A stretch of DNA of 64,000 nt from Cyanobacteriota bacterium (GCA_046045965.1 JBJOKS010000020.1:32001-96000), one strand, 5' to 3'. Shown: positions 41,573 through 51,873, numbered from the stretch's first letter. Made by a program: numbers and translations. Notes: a model not told the origin generated them from the sequence alone.

Positions 41573-42973
41573 ATGGTTTGGCAAAAGGGTGATAAATTAC
41601 AGAGTGGGAGATACGTGATAGAAAAAGTCCTGGGAGAAGGTGGTTTCGGGATTACATATCAAGCACAGCATACACTTTTAAAACAGTGGGTAGTAATAAA
41701 AACCCCCAATGAAAGCCTAAAAACTGATTCAGAATATCCCAATTATGTGAAAAGATTTATTCAAGAAGGACGGAAATTAGCCAAACTTTCTCAACAACCA
41801 CACCCGAATATTGTCCGTGTAACTGAATTATTTGAACAAGGTAAAACATATTGTTTAGTCATGGACTTTGTACCTGGTGAAAGTTTATTTAATTTAGTCC
41901 AAAAACAGGGAGCATTACCAGAATTAAAAGCCGTAGAATATATCAAACAAATTGGAGAGGCTTTAATTTTTGTCCATCAACAGGGTTTAGTACATCGGGA
42001 TGCACACCCTGGTAATATTATGGTACAAAAAAATGGTAAAGCTGTATTAATTGATTTTGGAATTGCTGGGGAAATAATGCCCCAAGATGGATATTTTACT
42101 TCTCATCATCCTGCTAATATTGCTTTTGCACCTTATGAACAAATGGGAGGAAATAGACAAATAACGATTGATGTTTATACTCTTGCTGCTTCTTTATATT
42201 ATGCGGTTACAGGTAAACGTCCTGAAAGTTCGTTGGATAGAAAGTTATATAATAAGCCTTTAATTCCTCCTAATAAATTTGTTGTTAGTATTAGTGATGA
42301 GTTGAATCTGGCAATACTTAAAGGTATGAATCTAGAGGCGGAATATCGTCCGCGATCTATGAGAGAATGGTTAAAGTTATTGCCTGATTTTAGTAATCAA
42401 GTTTATCAGGGTAGTCAGAAAATAGAACATCAAAATATTAGGACTGAGAAAACTTTTCCTGTGATTGTAGGTGTTAATAATTCTCAACAACAAAATAAAA
42501 AAATCAATAATATTCCTTGGTTTTGGTTAGGAATAATGAGTTTCTATTATGCAATAATGGGTTTTTTAGCAGCAATTTCTTCAGTTTGGATTCTTACTTC
42601 TACCATGCCTCCGGCTATGAATTCAGGGTTGGTTACGGCTTTGGGTACTGATGCTGTCATTTTCCTTGCAGCTTTTACTTTGGCTTTTCCTTGGGATGGA
42701 TCTCCGGCTTTAGTTTTGGCCTTCGCTGGAGTTATATTATTATCCTGTCTTGAGATAGTCTTAAAATACAGTTGGGTCACTTTTGTTATTTATATTGGGT
42801 TTTGTATTTTGCATTTACTCGTCTTTTGTGCTTATTATTTTACAAATAAACAGTTAAAAAAATCTTGCAGAAAATGGCATCAATTTTTAATCATACTTGG
42901 CACATCTTATTCAAGTATATTTTTAGGCTGGTTATTTTATCAAATCTTCCCAGTATTCACACGATTATCTTGA
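41573..42973 (+). CDS. Hanks-type Ser/Thr kinase with C-terminal multi-TM region
   Basis: GEGGFG, VIK, HRDAHPGN, DFG, FAPYE; several hydrophobic helices after about aa 315. Confidence 0.92.
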   Translation: MVWQKGDKLQSGRYVIEKVLGEGGFGITYQAQHTLLKQWVVIKTPNESLKTDSEYPNYVKRFIQEGRKLAKLSQQPHPNIVRVTELFEQGKTYCLVMDFVPGESLFNLVQKQGALPELKAVEYIKQIGEALIFVHQQGLVHRDAHPGNIMVQKNGKAVLIDFGIAGEIMPQDGYFTSHHPANIAFAPYEQMGGNRQITIDVYTLAASLYYAVTGKRPESSLDRKLYNKPLIPPNKFVVSISDELNLAILKGMNLEAEYRPRSMREWLKLLPDFSNQVYQGSQKIEHQNIRTEKTFPVIVGVNNSQQQNKKINNIPWFWLGIMSFYYAIMGFLAAISSVWILTSTMPPAMNSGLVTALGTDAVIFLAAFTLAFPWDGSPALVLAFAGVILLSCLEIVLKYSWVTFVIYIGFCILHLLVFCAYYFTNKQLKKSCRKWHQFLIILGTSYSSIFLGWLFYQIFPVFTRLS

Positions 42974-43013
42974 TATTATAAAATAATGAGATAATTTTTC
43001 TAGGAGTAGGCTA

Positions 43014-43811
43014 ATGTTTCTTTACCACGGCACAAGTTTTGAATATATTGAGAGAATTCGGAGTCAAGGAGTTTTACCCTCCAGAGAAACCAAAAAAAGT
43101 AATTGGAATACTCCTGAATCAAACAATTATGAATCAAGAAACGACGCTGTTTATTTAAGTGATGCTTATTCACCATATTATGCCTTTCATCAATATTATA
43201 AGCGTTTACTAGAATACTATAAGCGTTCAATAGAATTGAATTCCTTAAACTTGAAGCAAACCTCAAACAAATTGACTACAGTAAGCTCGAAATTAGCTTT
43301 AATTGAAATAGATACTAATTCTTTAGAACAAGATAAGTTCTACCCTGATGAAGACTTTTTAGTAAAGTCAAACCTGCCTTGTAAAATAGGAGAAACGGAA
43401 GAAGAACGCATAGAGTATTTTAAAGAAAATTTAGAATACTATCAAGATTATTTGAAAGATAGCCTGGAAAAAATGGGCAACTGTTGTTATTTTGGTGTAA
43501 TTCCTCCAACAGCGATTTCTCGCATTACAAAATGGTGCTGTAAAGACGTTGATATTCTCAAGACATTGAGTTATGATTATGTAGACCATAAAGGCGTTTT
43601 TCCCTTTTATGATCAGGAAGATAGTCAAATTTTACGCTTGCTAACTCAATGTTTTGCAAAGCGAGAATTTCAACTAGATGAACTACTATTTTTATGTAAA
43701 ACAAAGTTTAAACTGGATGATAATTTTGATTATGATAAAACTAAAGATATCCTCATCCAAGAAATTGAAAAAATTGAAATTGTCTGTGATAAAGACTGTG
43801 ATACAATATAA
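43014..43811 (+). CDS. Putative ADP-ribosyltransferase-fold protein (HGT-motif, Tpt1/KptA-like pattern)
   Basis: LYHGTS...I...G.LP, VYLS, ALIEID and Y.G.IPP.AI pattern; AGGAG RBS. Confidence 0.55.
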   Translation: MFLYHGTSFEYIERIRSQGVLPSRETKKSNWNTPESNNYESRNDAVYLSDAYSPYYAFHQYYKRLLEYYKRSIELNSLNLKQTSNKLTTVSSKLALIEIDTNSLEQDKFYPDEDFLVKSNLPCKIGETEEERIEYFKENLEYYQDYLKDSLEKMGNCCYFGVIPPTAISRITKWCCKDVDILKTLSYDYVDHKGVFPFYDQEDSQILRLLTQCFAKREFQLDELLFLCKTKFKLDDNFDYDKTKDILIQEIEKIEIVCDKDCDTI

Positions 43812-43849
43812 TCGAGTTCCAAAAATCTAACTACATCAACATAAAAAAT

Positions 43850-44131
43850 ATGAACAACCTATCAATTCCAGCGCAAACATTACAGGAAGCATGGGAAAAA
43901 GGTGTACAGCAAGGTTTAACCCAAGTTGCTGTAAATATGTTACGAGAAGGTATTGATTTAGATTTTATAGTTAAACTAACTGGACTGCCATTAGAAGTAG
44001 TTAAAAATTTACAAGCTGTTGATATAGATGATGATAAAATAATAGTTAAAGAATTTTTAGAAATCAGTGAATCATCATTAAATAAAGTGTGGCTTAACCC
44101 AGAGGAAGACGAAGCATGGAAGGATCTATAG
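43850..44131 (+). CDS. Putative antitoxin: Rpn-like C-terminal HTH fused to a MazF-cognate tail
   Basis: EKGVQQG..VAVNMLREG.D...IVKLTGL (Rpn tail pattern) followed by SESSL.KVW..PEEDEAWKDL; overlaps the toxin start. Confidence 0.7.
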   Translation: MNNLSIPAQTLQEAWEKGVQQGLTQVAVNMLREGIDLDFIVKLTGLPLEVVKNLQAVDIDDDKIIVKEFLEISESSLNKVWLNPEEDEAWKDL

Positions 44132-44514
44132 AACATTTAATTAAAGGTGATGTGATATCTGTTCCTTTTCCTTTCTCTGATACATCTACCAGAAAAAAAC
44201 GACCAGCTTTAGTGATAGCAGAATCAGACAATAATAATATTATAATTTGTCCTATTACCAGTAAACCAGGACGAGATTATGAAATTAAACTAGAAGATCA
44301 AGATTTTAGAGTTGGCAAATTAACTTTAAGTCCTTGCTATATTCGCCCTAATATTATTGCGACGGTTGATAAAAGTAACGTAATTCGGTACATTGGAAAA
44401 CTCAAAGACGATAAACTTCATCAAGTGATTAGTACAATTATTGAAATTATAGAAAAGCCATCATCACCACCACCAGCATCAAAAGCTTGGGAAAGAAGCA
44501 AAAAACCAAAATGA
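44116..44514 (+). CDS. mazF: PemK/MazF-family toxin
   Basis: KGDVISVPFPFSD...KKRPALV, ICPITS; 16-nt overlap with the upstream ORF. Confidence 0.88.
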   Translation: MEGSIEHLIKGDVISVPFPFSDTSTRKKRPALVIAESDNNNIIICPITSKPGRDYEIKLEDQDFRVGKLTLSPCYIRPNIIATVDKSNVIRYIGKLKDDKLHQVISTIIEIIEKPSSPPPASKAWERSKKPK

Positions 44515-44655
44515 GAATATCTATATTAAATTATCTGCGTTTATCTGCGTTCATCCGCGTTTAATTTTGCAAATTCTAATTTATTCAGTACAAACAAACT
44601 ATCCAAATATCAAGTTAAGATCAAGAAGACTTTACACTTCTTAACTCTGAGGGAT

Positions 44656-46164
44656 ATGGCGCGAGATTTACGGGTATTTATTAAAATTCTGGAAGAAAGA
44701 GGACAATTAAAGCGAATTTCCGCTTTAGTTGACCCAGATATGGAAATTGCGGAGATTTCCAACCGGATGCTGCAAAAAGGTGGACCAGGGTTATTGTTTG
44801 AAAACGTCAAAGGTGCATCCTTCCCCGTTGCTGTCAATTTAATGGGGACGGTAGAAAGGATATGCTGGGCAATGAATATGGAACACCCAGAGGAGTTGGA
44901 AACTTTGGGTAAGAAGTTAAGTATGCTTCAGCAACCCAAACCCCCGAAAAAGATTTCTCAAGCGATAGATTTTGGTAAGGTGCTGTTTGATGTTGTCAAA
45001 GCGAAACCGGGAAGGGATTTTTTCCCCGCTTGTCAACAGGTAGTGATAGAGGGTGATGATTTAGATTTAAATAAGTTGCCTTTAATACGTCCTTATCCGG
45101 GAGATGCCGGAAAGATTATCACGCTAGGATTGGTAATTACAAAGGATTGTGAAACAGGTACGCCAAATGTGGGTGTGTATCGTCTACAACTGCAATCTAA
45201 AAATACCATGACCGTACATTGGTTATCGGTGCGGGGGGGTGCGAGACATTTACGCAAAGCGGCAGAACGTGGTAAGAAGTTAGAGGTGGCGATCGCTCTT
45301 GGTGTCGATCCTTTAATCATTATGGCAGCAGCCACACCCATTCCCGTAGATTTATCAGAATGGTTATTTGCGGGACTTTATGGCGGTTCTGGGGTACAAT
45401 TAGCCAAGTGTAAAACGGTAGATTTGGAAGTACCCGCCGATTCAGAATTTGTTTTAGAAGGAACTATCACCCCAGGGGAAGTTTTACCCGATGGTCCCTT
45501 TGGCGATCACATGGGATATTATGGCGGTGTGGAAGATTCGCCGTTAATTCGCTTCCAGTGCATGACTCACCGCAAAGATCCAATTTATCTTACCACCTTT
45601 AGCGGTCGTCCACCCAAAGAAGAAGCAATGATGGCGATCGCCCTTAACCGCATCTATACCCCAATTTTACGGCAACAAGTATCAGAAATAGTTGACTTCT
45701 TCCTACCGATGGAAGCATTAAGTTACAAAGCAGCAATTATTTCTATTGATAAAGCATACCCCGGACAAGCAAGACGAGCAGCTTTAGCTTTTTGGAGTGC
45801 CTTACCTCAATTCACATATACTAAATTTGTGATTGTTGTTGATAAAGATATCAACATTCGTGATCCGCGTCAAGTTGTCTGGGCAATTAGTTCCAAAGTT
45901 GACCCTTCACGGGATGTATTCATATTACCAAATACCCCCTTTGATACCTTAGATTTTGCAAGTGAAAAACTCGGTTTAGGGGGGAGAATGGGCATAGATG
46001 CAACCACCAAAATGCCCCCAGAAACCGAACATGAATGGGGTGAAACATTGGAATCTGATCCCGATATTGCAGCAATGGTAGAAAGACGCTGGCAAGAATA
46101 CGGTTTAGCAGATTTAAAATTAGGAGAAGTTGACCCCAATTTGTTTGGTTACGATATGAAATAG
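44656..46164 (+). CDS. ubiD: UbiD-family decarboxylase (plastoquinone pathway)
   Basis: NVGVYRLQ, DGPFGDH.GYY, GRPPKEE, VVDKDI, MGIDAT. Confidence 0.93.
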   Translation: MARDLRVFIKILEERGQLKRISALVDPDMEIAEISNRMLQKGGPGLLFENVKGASFPVAVNLMGTVERICWAMNMEHPEELETLGKKLSMLQQPKPPKKISQAIDFGKVLFDVVKAKPGRDFFPACQQVVIEGDDLDLNKLPLIRPYPGDAGKIITLGLVITKDCETGTPNVGVYRLQLQSKNTMTVHWLSVRGGARHLRKAAERGKKLEVAIALGVDPLIIMAAATPIPVDLSEWLFAGLYGGSGVQLAKCKTVDLEVPADSEFVLEGTITPGEVLPDGPFGDHMGYYGGVEDSPLIRFQCMTHRKDPIYLTTFSGRPPKEEAMMAIALNRIYTPILRQQVSEIVDFFLPMEALSYKAAIISIDKAYPGQARRAALAFWSALPQFTYTKFVIVVDKDINIRDPRQVVWAISSKVDPSRDVFILPNTPFDTLDFASEKLGLGGRMGIDATTKMPPETEHEWGETLESDPDIAAMVERRWQEYGLADLKLGEVDPNLFGYDMK

Positions 46165-46246
46165 GTGATTGGGGATTGGTGACTGGGGACTGGGGACTGG
46201 GTTATTTACCTCCGTTTCCTCCCCATCTCCCCATCTCCCCATCTCC
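46165..46246. repeat. STRR tracts (GACTGGG)n and (CCCCATCT)n between convergent genes
   Basis: Direct reading. Confidence 0.75.
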
Positions 46247-47239
46247 CTATCTTCTGGATATCATCCTTGCATCCCAAGTATAGAAACCAATTTGGTTAGG
46301 AACTCTAGAAAATCTACCTGTACGATGACCTCTAGATAATTCATTGAGAACCTTATTTTTCACCTCTCTAATTTCCTGATCATCAAGTTCTCCATAAATG
46401 CCATTGACGATTTCATTTACACCGAAAACTCGACCTCGATGTTGTTCTAAGAAAGAGGTGAGAGCATCAATTAAAAATTGACCCTCAAATTGTTTAAGCA
46501 TCGGGACATCTGTTGTTTGTGGTGAAACAAAAGACTTCTTCTTTTTATTTTTAGCACGGGAAGATGAACCGTTATGATGATTGGGATCTAACAGACTTAA
46601 AGCCAGAGTATAACAACCAGGTTCGTTAGGAATAGCAGACCAATAACCCCTTTCTCTACCTTGGGTAAGGGAAGATTGAACCCTACCTTTAACGATTTTA
46701 AAGATAGTTGACTCTAACTCACCGTAGAGCGATCGCACAATAAAATCTATATGGCAAACAGTACCAGCATATTCGTGCAGCAGCATTTTTAGAGCTTCCA
46801 TCCGAGTCAGAGATTGATATTGGGGAAGCATAGGAATTTCAGCCCCCTTAGTGAAATGATCATAACTCTCTGAAGAGGTATTTCTGGGATGAGAAACTTC
46901 TAATTTTGTAGCAACAGAACTTGAGCCATTTGTTTTCCATTTATCTGAGTGAGAAGGTTCTGACTCTAGAGACTCCAACAAGTCTAAATTAGGCTGCTCA
47001 TCAGATGATAAAAACAAACGTGAACCTTGTTGATCACCAGCTTCTAATTGTGAAATTGGTTCATGTTGATCAGAATAAGACCAAGGAGACAACAAAGCTT
47101 CCACATGATCCAACTGCGATCGCGCTTCAATAAATAGCCGTTGGTACTCTTGTGCAAGACCAGCATAATAGTCTCGTAATTCCAACAATGGACTAATGAA
47201 TACCTCTGACGGAGGTTGTAATTGTTCTTGGGTGTTCAT
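46247..47239 (-). CDS. Hypothetical protein: N-terminal coiled coil plus two repeated HTH-like domains
   Basis: PML.Q......AL..L....G.V.....IV...YGEL...VK..V...L..G...G..S..PN..G.YT occurs twice. Confidence 0.75.
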   Translation of the reverse strand: MNTQEQLQPPSEVFISPLLELRDYYAGLAQEYQRLFIEARSQLDHVEALLSPWSYSDQHEPISQLEAGDQQGSRLFLSSDEQPNLDLLESLESEPSHSDKWKTNGSSSVATKLEVSHPRNTSSESYDHFTKGAEIPMLPQYQSLTRMEALKMLLHEYAGTVCHIDFIVRSLYGELESTIFKIVKGRVQSSLTQGRERGYWSAIPNEPGCYTLALSLLDPNHHNGSSSRAKNKKKKSFVSPQTTDVPMLKQFEGQFLIDALTSFLEQHRGRVFGVNEIVNGIYGELDDQEIREVKNKVLNELSRGHRTGRFSRVPNQIGFYTWDARMISRR

Positions 47240-47249
47240 ATTACTTCAA

Positions 47250-47495
47250 TTATTCTAAATCAATGTCGCTTTTGTAATTCATCGCACGAGGTTTGACTTT
47301 TCCTAATTCCTGTGATGATCTTTTCGGAGGTTGAGGAGGACGGCAGCTTTCACAATATAAAGGTCTAGGTCCAAAAGTTTCCCGTTTAGTTGCCTGATTA
47401 CATTCTTTACAGACAAAATTAAAAACACGAGTGTGAATCTGTCTTTTATGCGCTCTAACAGTATATTCTCTCACATCAATCGTTTTGGTAGCCAT
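47250..47495 (-). CDS. Small basic CxxC...CxxC zinc-ribbon-like protein
   Basis: CKEC and CESC; ends 10 nt before the next gene's start. Confidence 0.7.
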   Translation of the reverse strand: MATKTIDVREYTVRAHKRQIHTRVFNFVCKECNQATKRETFGPRPLYCESCRPPQPPKRSSQELGKVKPRAMNYKSDIDLE

Positions 47496-47626
47496 AATTA
47501 AGAATTGCCCAGTTCTGTACTCTTAATATAGCTATTCAAGCAAACGAAACTACATCAGTGTGTGTTTTATTGTAAGTTTTATTCAAATCCTTAAAATCAA
47601 GCCCAGCATAGTATAAAAACTTTAAT

Positions 47627-47698
47627 TGTCACGAATAAACAGCGAAGCAATCTTAAATCATGAGATTGTTCCGCTGTTGATGGTTTCCTGACAATGAC
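47627..47698. repeat. Degenerate TGTCA..GCGAAGCAATC/GATTG..CAATGAC dispersed hairpin
   Basis: AGCGAAGCAATCT...AGATTGTTCCGCT imperfect inverted repeat. Confidence 0.5.
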
Positions 47699-47844
47699 CA
47701 TTCATATTTAACGAACTCTTTTCTACTTTTTCATCCCTACCTAGTGATAATCTGGATAACTTTAGTTTTTAAAGCATCCTCCTGATGGATGAAATAAAAG
47801 GATGATTTTGTTCATCCTTCGTAATTTATGATTCAGGCTTTTTG

Positions 47845-49725
47845 TTACTTATTTTCCACAAAATCAGCATCAATCACATCTTCACTCTGACTACTTCCAT
47901 GACTACTTCCATCAGGACTTCCCGCTTGAGCATAAACCGCACTACCAATTTGCATCAAGGTTTGCTGTAATTCACCGCTAAGAGACTTAATGCGGTCAAA
48001 ATTATCTTGATTGATAGCTGACCGCAAATCCTTGACTAACTCTTCAACTCGACTTTGATCAGTAGCACTGACCTTATCACCCAAGTCTCGGATTTGTTTC
48101 TCAGCTTGATAAACTAAAGAATCAGCCAAATTCTTGGTGTCAATTTGTTCACGTCGTCTTCTATCTTCCTCCGCATGAGATTCTGCATCCCGCACCATTT
48201 TTTCGACATCCCGCTTATCAAGAGTAGAAGCACCAGTAATAGAAATTGACTGCTGTTTATTAGTAGCTTTATCCTTAGCAGTAACTGACAGAATACCATT
48301 AGCATCAATGTCAAAAGTCACATCAATTTGTGGTACACCTCTTGGTGCTGGAGGAATACCATCAAGGCGAAAATTACCTAAACTCTTATTATCTTTAGCG
48401 AATTCTCTCTCACCTTGTAAAACGTGAACTTCTACATTACTTTGACCATCAGCCGCAGTAGAAAAAATTTCTGATTTCTTCACTGGGATAGTAGTATTGC
48501 GGCCAATAATTTTAGTCATCACACCGCCAAGAGTTTCCACACCCAAAGACAAAGGAGTGACATCAAGCAGTAAAATATCTTTGACTTCACCAGATAAAAC
48601 ACCCGCTTGAATAGCTGCACCCACCGCTACAACTTCATCAGGATTCACACCTTGACAGGGGTCTTTAGCCGTCATACGTCGCACCAATTCTTGTACAGCG
48701 GGAATGCGAGTAGAACCACCAACTAAGACAATTTCATCAAGTTGAGCATTTGTTAGTTTTGCATCTTGCAGTGCTTGTTGGACTGGTTGACGACAACGAT
48801 CTAAAAGATCCCCTATCATCTCCTCAAATTTACCCCGTGTCAGCATCATATCCAAGTGTTTTGGACCTGCTTGGGTAGCGGTAATAAAGGGTAAATTAAT
48901 ATTAGTTTGAGTGGCGCTAGAAAGTTCAATCTTGGCCTTTTCCGCAGCTTCTGTCAATCTTTGTAAAGCTTGTTTATCTTTACGTAAATCAATGCCTTCA
49001 TTACTTTGAAACTCATTAGCTAACCAATCAACAATCTTTTTATCAAAGTCATCACCACCTAAATGAGTATCCCCACTCGTAGATTTAACTTCAAAAACAC
49101 CATCCCCAACTTCCAAAATAGAAACATCAAAAGTACCGCCACCAAGATCAAATACTAAGATAGTTTCATTTTCCTTTTTATCCAAACCATAAGCCAAAGC
49201 TGCTGCTGTTGGTTCGTTGATAATGCGAAGAACATCTAAACCAGCAATTTTACCCGCATCTTTAGTAGCTTGGCGTTGAGAATCGTTAAAATAAGCAGGA
49301 ACTGTAATCACCGCTTGAGTAACTTTTTCCCCTAAATATTTACTAGCATCATCAACCAACTTCCTTAACACCTGGGCAGAAATTTCTTCCGGTGCAAATT
49401 GTTTATTTACTGCGGGACAATTGAGTTTTACATTTCCATTACTATCTCGCAGAGTTCTATAAGAAACTTCCGTAGCTTCATGGGTGATTTCTTCATATTT
49501 TCTCCCAATGAAACGTTTAACAGAATAAAATGTATTTTCTGGGTTCATTACCGCTTGTCGTCTAGCAATTTGACCTACCAAGCGTTCCCCGCTTTTAGTG
49601 TAAGCGACAACTGAAGGAGTAATGCGTTGTCCTTCAGAATTGGCAATTACTAAAGGTTGCCCTCCTTCCATCACCGCAACACAAGAATTAGTAGTTCCTA
49701 AATCAATTCCTACTACTTTGGCCAT
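47845..49725 (-). CDS. dnaK: Chaperone DnaK
   Basis: [25 protein letters not shown], and C-terminal DVIDADF. Confidence 0.98.
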   Translation of the reverse strand: MAKVVGIDLGTTNSCVAVMEGGQPLVIANSEGQRITPSVVAYTKSGERLVGQIARRQAVMNPENTFYSVKRFIGRKYEEITHEATEVSYRTLRDSNGNVKLNCPAVNKQFAPEEISAQVLRKLVDDASKYLGEKVTQAVITVPAYFNDSQRQATKDAGKIAGLDVLRIINEPTAAALAYGLDKKENETILVFDLGGGTFDVSILEVGDGVFEVKSTSGDTHLGGDDFDKKIVDWLANEFQSNEGIDLRKDKQALQRLTEAAEKAKIELSSATQTNINLPFITATQAGPKHLDMMLTRGKFEEMIGDLLDRCRQPVQQALQDAKLTNAQLDEIVLVGGSTRIPAVQELVRRMTAKDPCQGVNPDEVVAVGAAIQAGVLSGEVKDILLLDVTPLSLGVETLGGVMTKIIGRNTTIPVKKSEIFSTAADGQSNVEVHVLQGEREFAKDNKSLGNFRLDGIPPAPRGVPQIDVTFDIDANGILSVTAKDKATNKQQSISITGASTLDKRDVEKMVRDAESHAEEDRRRREQIDTKNLADSLVYQAEKQIRDLGDKVSATDQSRVEELVKDLRSAINQDNFDRIKSLSGELQQTLMQIGSAVYAQAGSPDGSSHGSSQSEDVIDADFVENK

Positions 49726-49758
49726 AGTTTCCCCCTGGACTTGAGTAGAAGTTTTTAT

Positions 49759-49953
49759 CTCGTTCCCAGTCTCAGACTGGGAATGCTATTCAGAGTCTCT
49801 GACTCTTTCTTCATAAACACAGAGCCTTGATAATTCATTCCCATTCTCTCGTTCCTAGTCTCAGACTGGGAATGCAATTACAGAGTCTCTGACTCTGCTA
49901 TCAATCAAGGCAGAGCCTTGAAAATTCATTCCCATACAGAGTATGGGAACGAG
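49759..49953. repeat. Tandem pair of CTCGTTCCC multi-hairpin elements
   Basis: Unit 1 at 49759-49847 (truncated) and unit 2 at 49848-49953; same family as 9615-9732. Confidence 0.8.
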
Positions 49954-49968
49954 AAAATAGCTAAAAAA

Positions 49969-50463
49969 TTAACCGAGATTAACTTTGAAAGCTTTTTGTT
50001 TTTCCGGTTCTGCTTTCGGCAAGTTCAACCGCAAAATACCATCTTTATATTCAGCTTGAACTTGTTCATGCTGCACAATAGAAGGCAATGGTATTACCCG
50101 TTGGAATTTACCATAACGAAATTCTGAACGAGTGTAACCTTCTCTTTCGGTTGTAGTTTCAGATTTCCTTTCACCAGTAATAGAAACAGCTTCAGGAGTT
50201 ACTTCAACGTTAACATCTTTAGCTTCTAAACCAGGTAGTTCTAGTTTCAATTTAAAAGCATCATCAGTTTCTTCCAGTTCAGCCGCAGGAATAAATGTTA
50301 ATCCTGTTCTTTCACCTCCATCACCTGGTATCATTCTTTCAAACAAGCGATTCATCCGCCGTTGGAGGGTATCAATTTCGCGGAAAGGGTCCCAGCGTTC
50401 AAGTTCGCGGAATGGTTCTAAGCGTTCAATATCGCGGATGGGGTCCCAACGAACTAGTGCCAT
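49969..50463 (-). CDS. hspA: Small heat-shock protein Hsp20
   Basis: WDPFRE motif, ELPG, SEFRYGKFQR, YKDGIL.L.LPK. Confidence 0.93.
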   Translation of the reverse strand: MALVRWDPIRDIERLEPFRELERWDPFREIDTLQRRMNRLFERMIPGDGGERTGLTFIPAAELEETDDAFKLKLELPGLEAKDVNVEVTPEAVSITGERKSETTTEREGYTRSEFRYGKFQRVIPLPSIVQHEQVQAEYKDGILRLNLPKAEPEKQKAFKVNLG

Positions 50464-50620
50464 ATCTATCTCCTATACAATGCTGTATTTGGCTGGCGGA
50501 GGCTTAATTTCAAGCTTCACAGATGGCAAACAATACTCGTATTTTTTAAATCTTTGACTGCGTGAAGCTTAGTCTTTTGCTTCCTAAATAAACAATAACA
50601 CCAAGATTTTAATTTAGGAT

Positions 50621-50658
50621 GTTCGGTTTTATAGATAGGTTAATGGCAATAGCCGTAC
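50621..50658. promoter_or_regulatory. Inverted GTnCGG half-sites upstream of hspA (K-box/Rre1-like)
   Basis: GTTCGG at 50621 and CCGTAC at 50653; spacing is not that of the canonical K-box. Confidence 0.35.
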
Positions 50659-50815
50659 CTGTTTTATCCTTTCACAATTTGTTACAAAATTATAGATAAT
50701 AAATACATCTTTAGATAGTTGTGAATCTGTCTAATTTTTTTTTAGATAATCTTGAACAATTGCATGCAGATAAACACAAATGAAGAAAGTGATAAATTGT
50801 TCACTTCCCATACAA

Positions 50816-51574
50816 TTAATATTGTTTCTGTATTTGTTGATAAATAGTTTTTAGTAAAAGCTTTTCATGAGAACGAATAAAAAAATGATTGCCTTCCAGC
50901 TTATGTAAAGAAAAATTAGCAAGAGTTTGTTCTTGCCATGCTTCTAGTTCATAATCAATAAATTCTGTATCTTGCAACCCACCAAAAACACTAATAGGAA
51001 TATTAAAAGGTGGTTGATGTGTATAAACATAAGTATCTAAAACCGTAAAATCAGCCCGGAGAATAGGTAGAAAAATTTGGATCATTTCTTGATTTTCCAT
51101 GACATCATCAGGAGTACCATTATAATTGCGGATTTCTTGCCAAAACTCGGCATCTGGTAAGTTGTAAATTTTTCTTTTTGTGGGTGTAACTTGTGGTGCG
51201 TTGCGAGCAGAGATAAATAAATGCAAGGGAGTCAAATTATACTCTGATCGTAGTAACCGAGTTAATTCAAAGCTGACAAGTCCACCCATACTATGACCAA
51301 AAATAGCAAAAGGTTTATCTAGATAGGGGATGAGATTTTGGGCTATTTCCCTCACCAAAGGTTGCATTTCTGTATAGAGAGGTAATTTAATTTGTCTTCC
51401 CCTTCCAGGAAGTTCTATGGGACATACTTCGATGGTTGGAGGTAAAGAATTATGCCAGGTACGAAATATCATGGCACTACCTCCTGCGTAGGGTAAGCAG
51501 AATAAGCGTAATTCGGCGTTGGGGTTGGGCTTGGGACAAGTTACCCAGGAGTTGAAGGTGGTTTTGGTGGTCAT
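50816..51574 (-). CDS. Type II thioesterase
   Basis: LFCLPYAGG, LPGRG, FGHSMG, LRADF, GNHFF. Confidence 0.9.
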   Translation of the reverse strand: MTTKTTFNSWVTCPKPNPNAELRLFCLPYAGGSAMIFRTWHNSLPPTIEVCPIELPGRGRQIKLPLYTEMQPLVREIAQNLIPYLDKPFAIFGHSMGGLVSFELTRLLRSEYNLTPLHLFISARNAPQVTPTKRKIYNLPDAEFWQEIRNYNGTPDDVMENQEMIQIFLPILRADFTVLDTYVYTHQPPFNIPISVFGGLQDTEFIDYELEAWQEQTLANFSLHKLEGNHFFIRSHEKLLLKTIYQQIQKQY

Positions 51575-51681
51575 GATGGGGTTGAGGTGGGGATAATAAG
51601 ATTTAACTGGGTTTTTTAGATATATTCACTGTCAGACAGTTAGTAGATATATTATCAATATGTTTTGCAAATGTATATTCT

Positions 51682-51819
51682 GTGTCTAAATTCAAATCAC
51701 TAGAATTATTTACAGGTGCTGGGGGTTTAGCGATGGGATGCACTCGCGCTAATTTCCATCATCAAGCACTTGTGGAACGAGATAAACATAGTTGTCAATG
51801 TTTAGGTGAACAGACATAG
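51682..51819 (+). pseudogene. 5' fragment of a C5-cytosine DNA methyltransferase
   Basis: Hand translation VSKFKSLELFTGAGGLAMG...LVERDKHSCQCL then stop: motif I and II region only. Confidence 0.75.
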
Positions 51820-51873
51820 AAGCTAACTGGGGAATCATACCCCAGCAATTTTTGGCTTATATTGTTCTACTTC

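Noticed and set aside
49759..49953. Palindromic repeats as a mini-CRISPR
   Set aside because: Only two long units with conserved interiors; the same element occurs singly at 9615.
49918..50127. 69-aa plus-strand ORF
   Set aside because: Starts inside a repeat and is antisense to hspA.
50464..50815. CIRCE element upstream of hspA-dnaK
   Set aside because: No TTAGCACTC-N9-GAGTGCTAA found.
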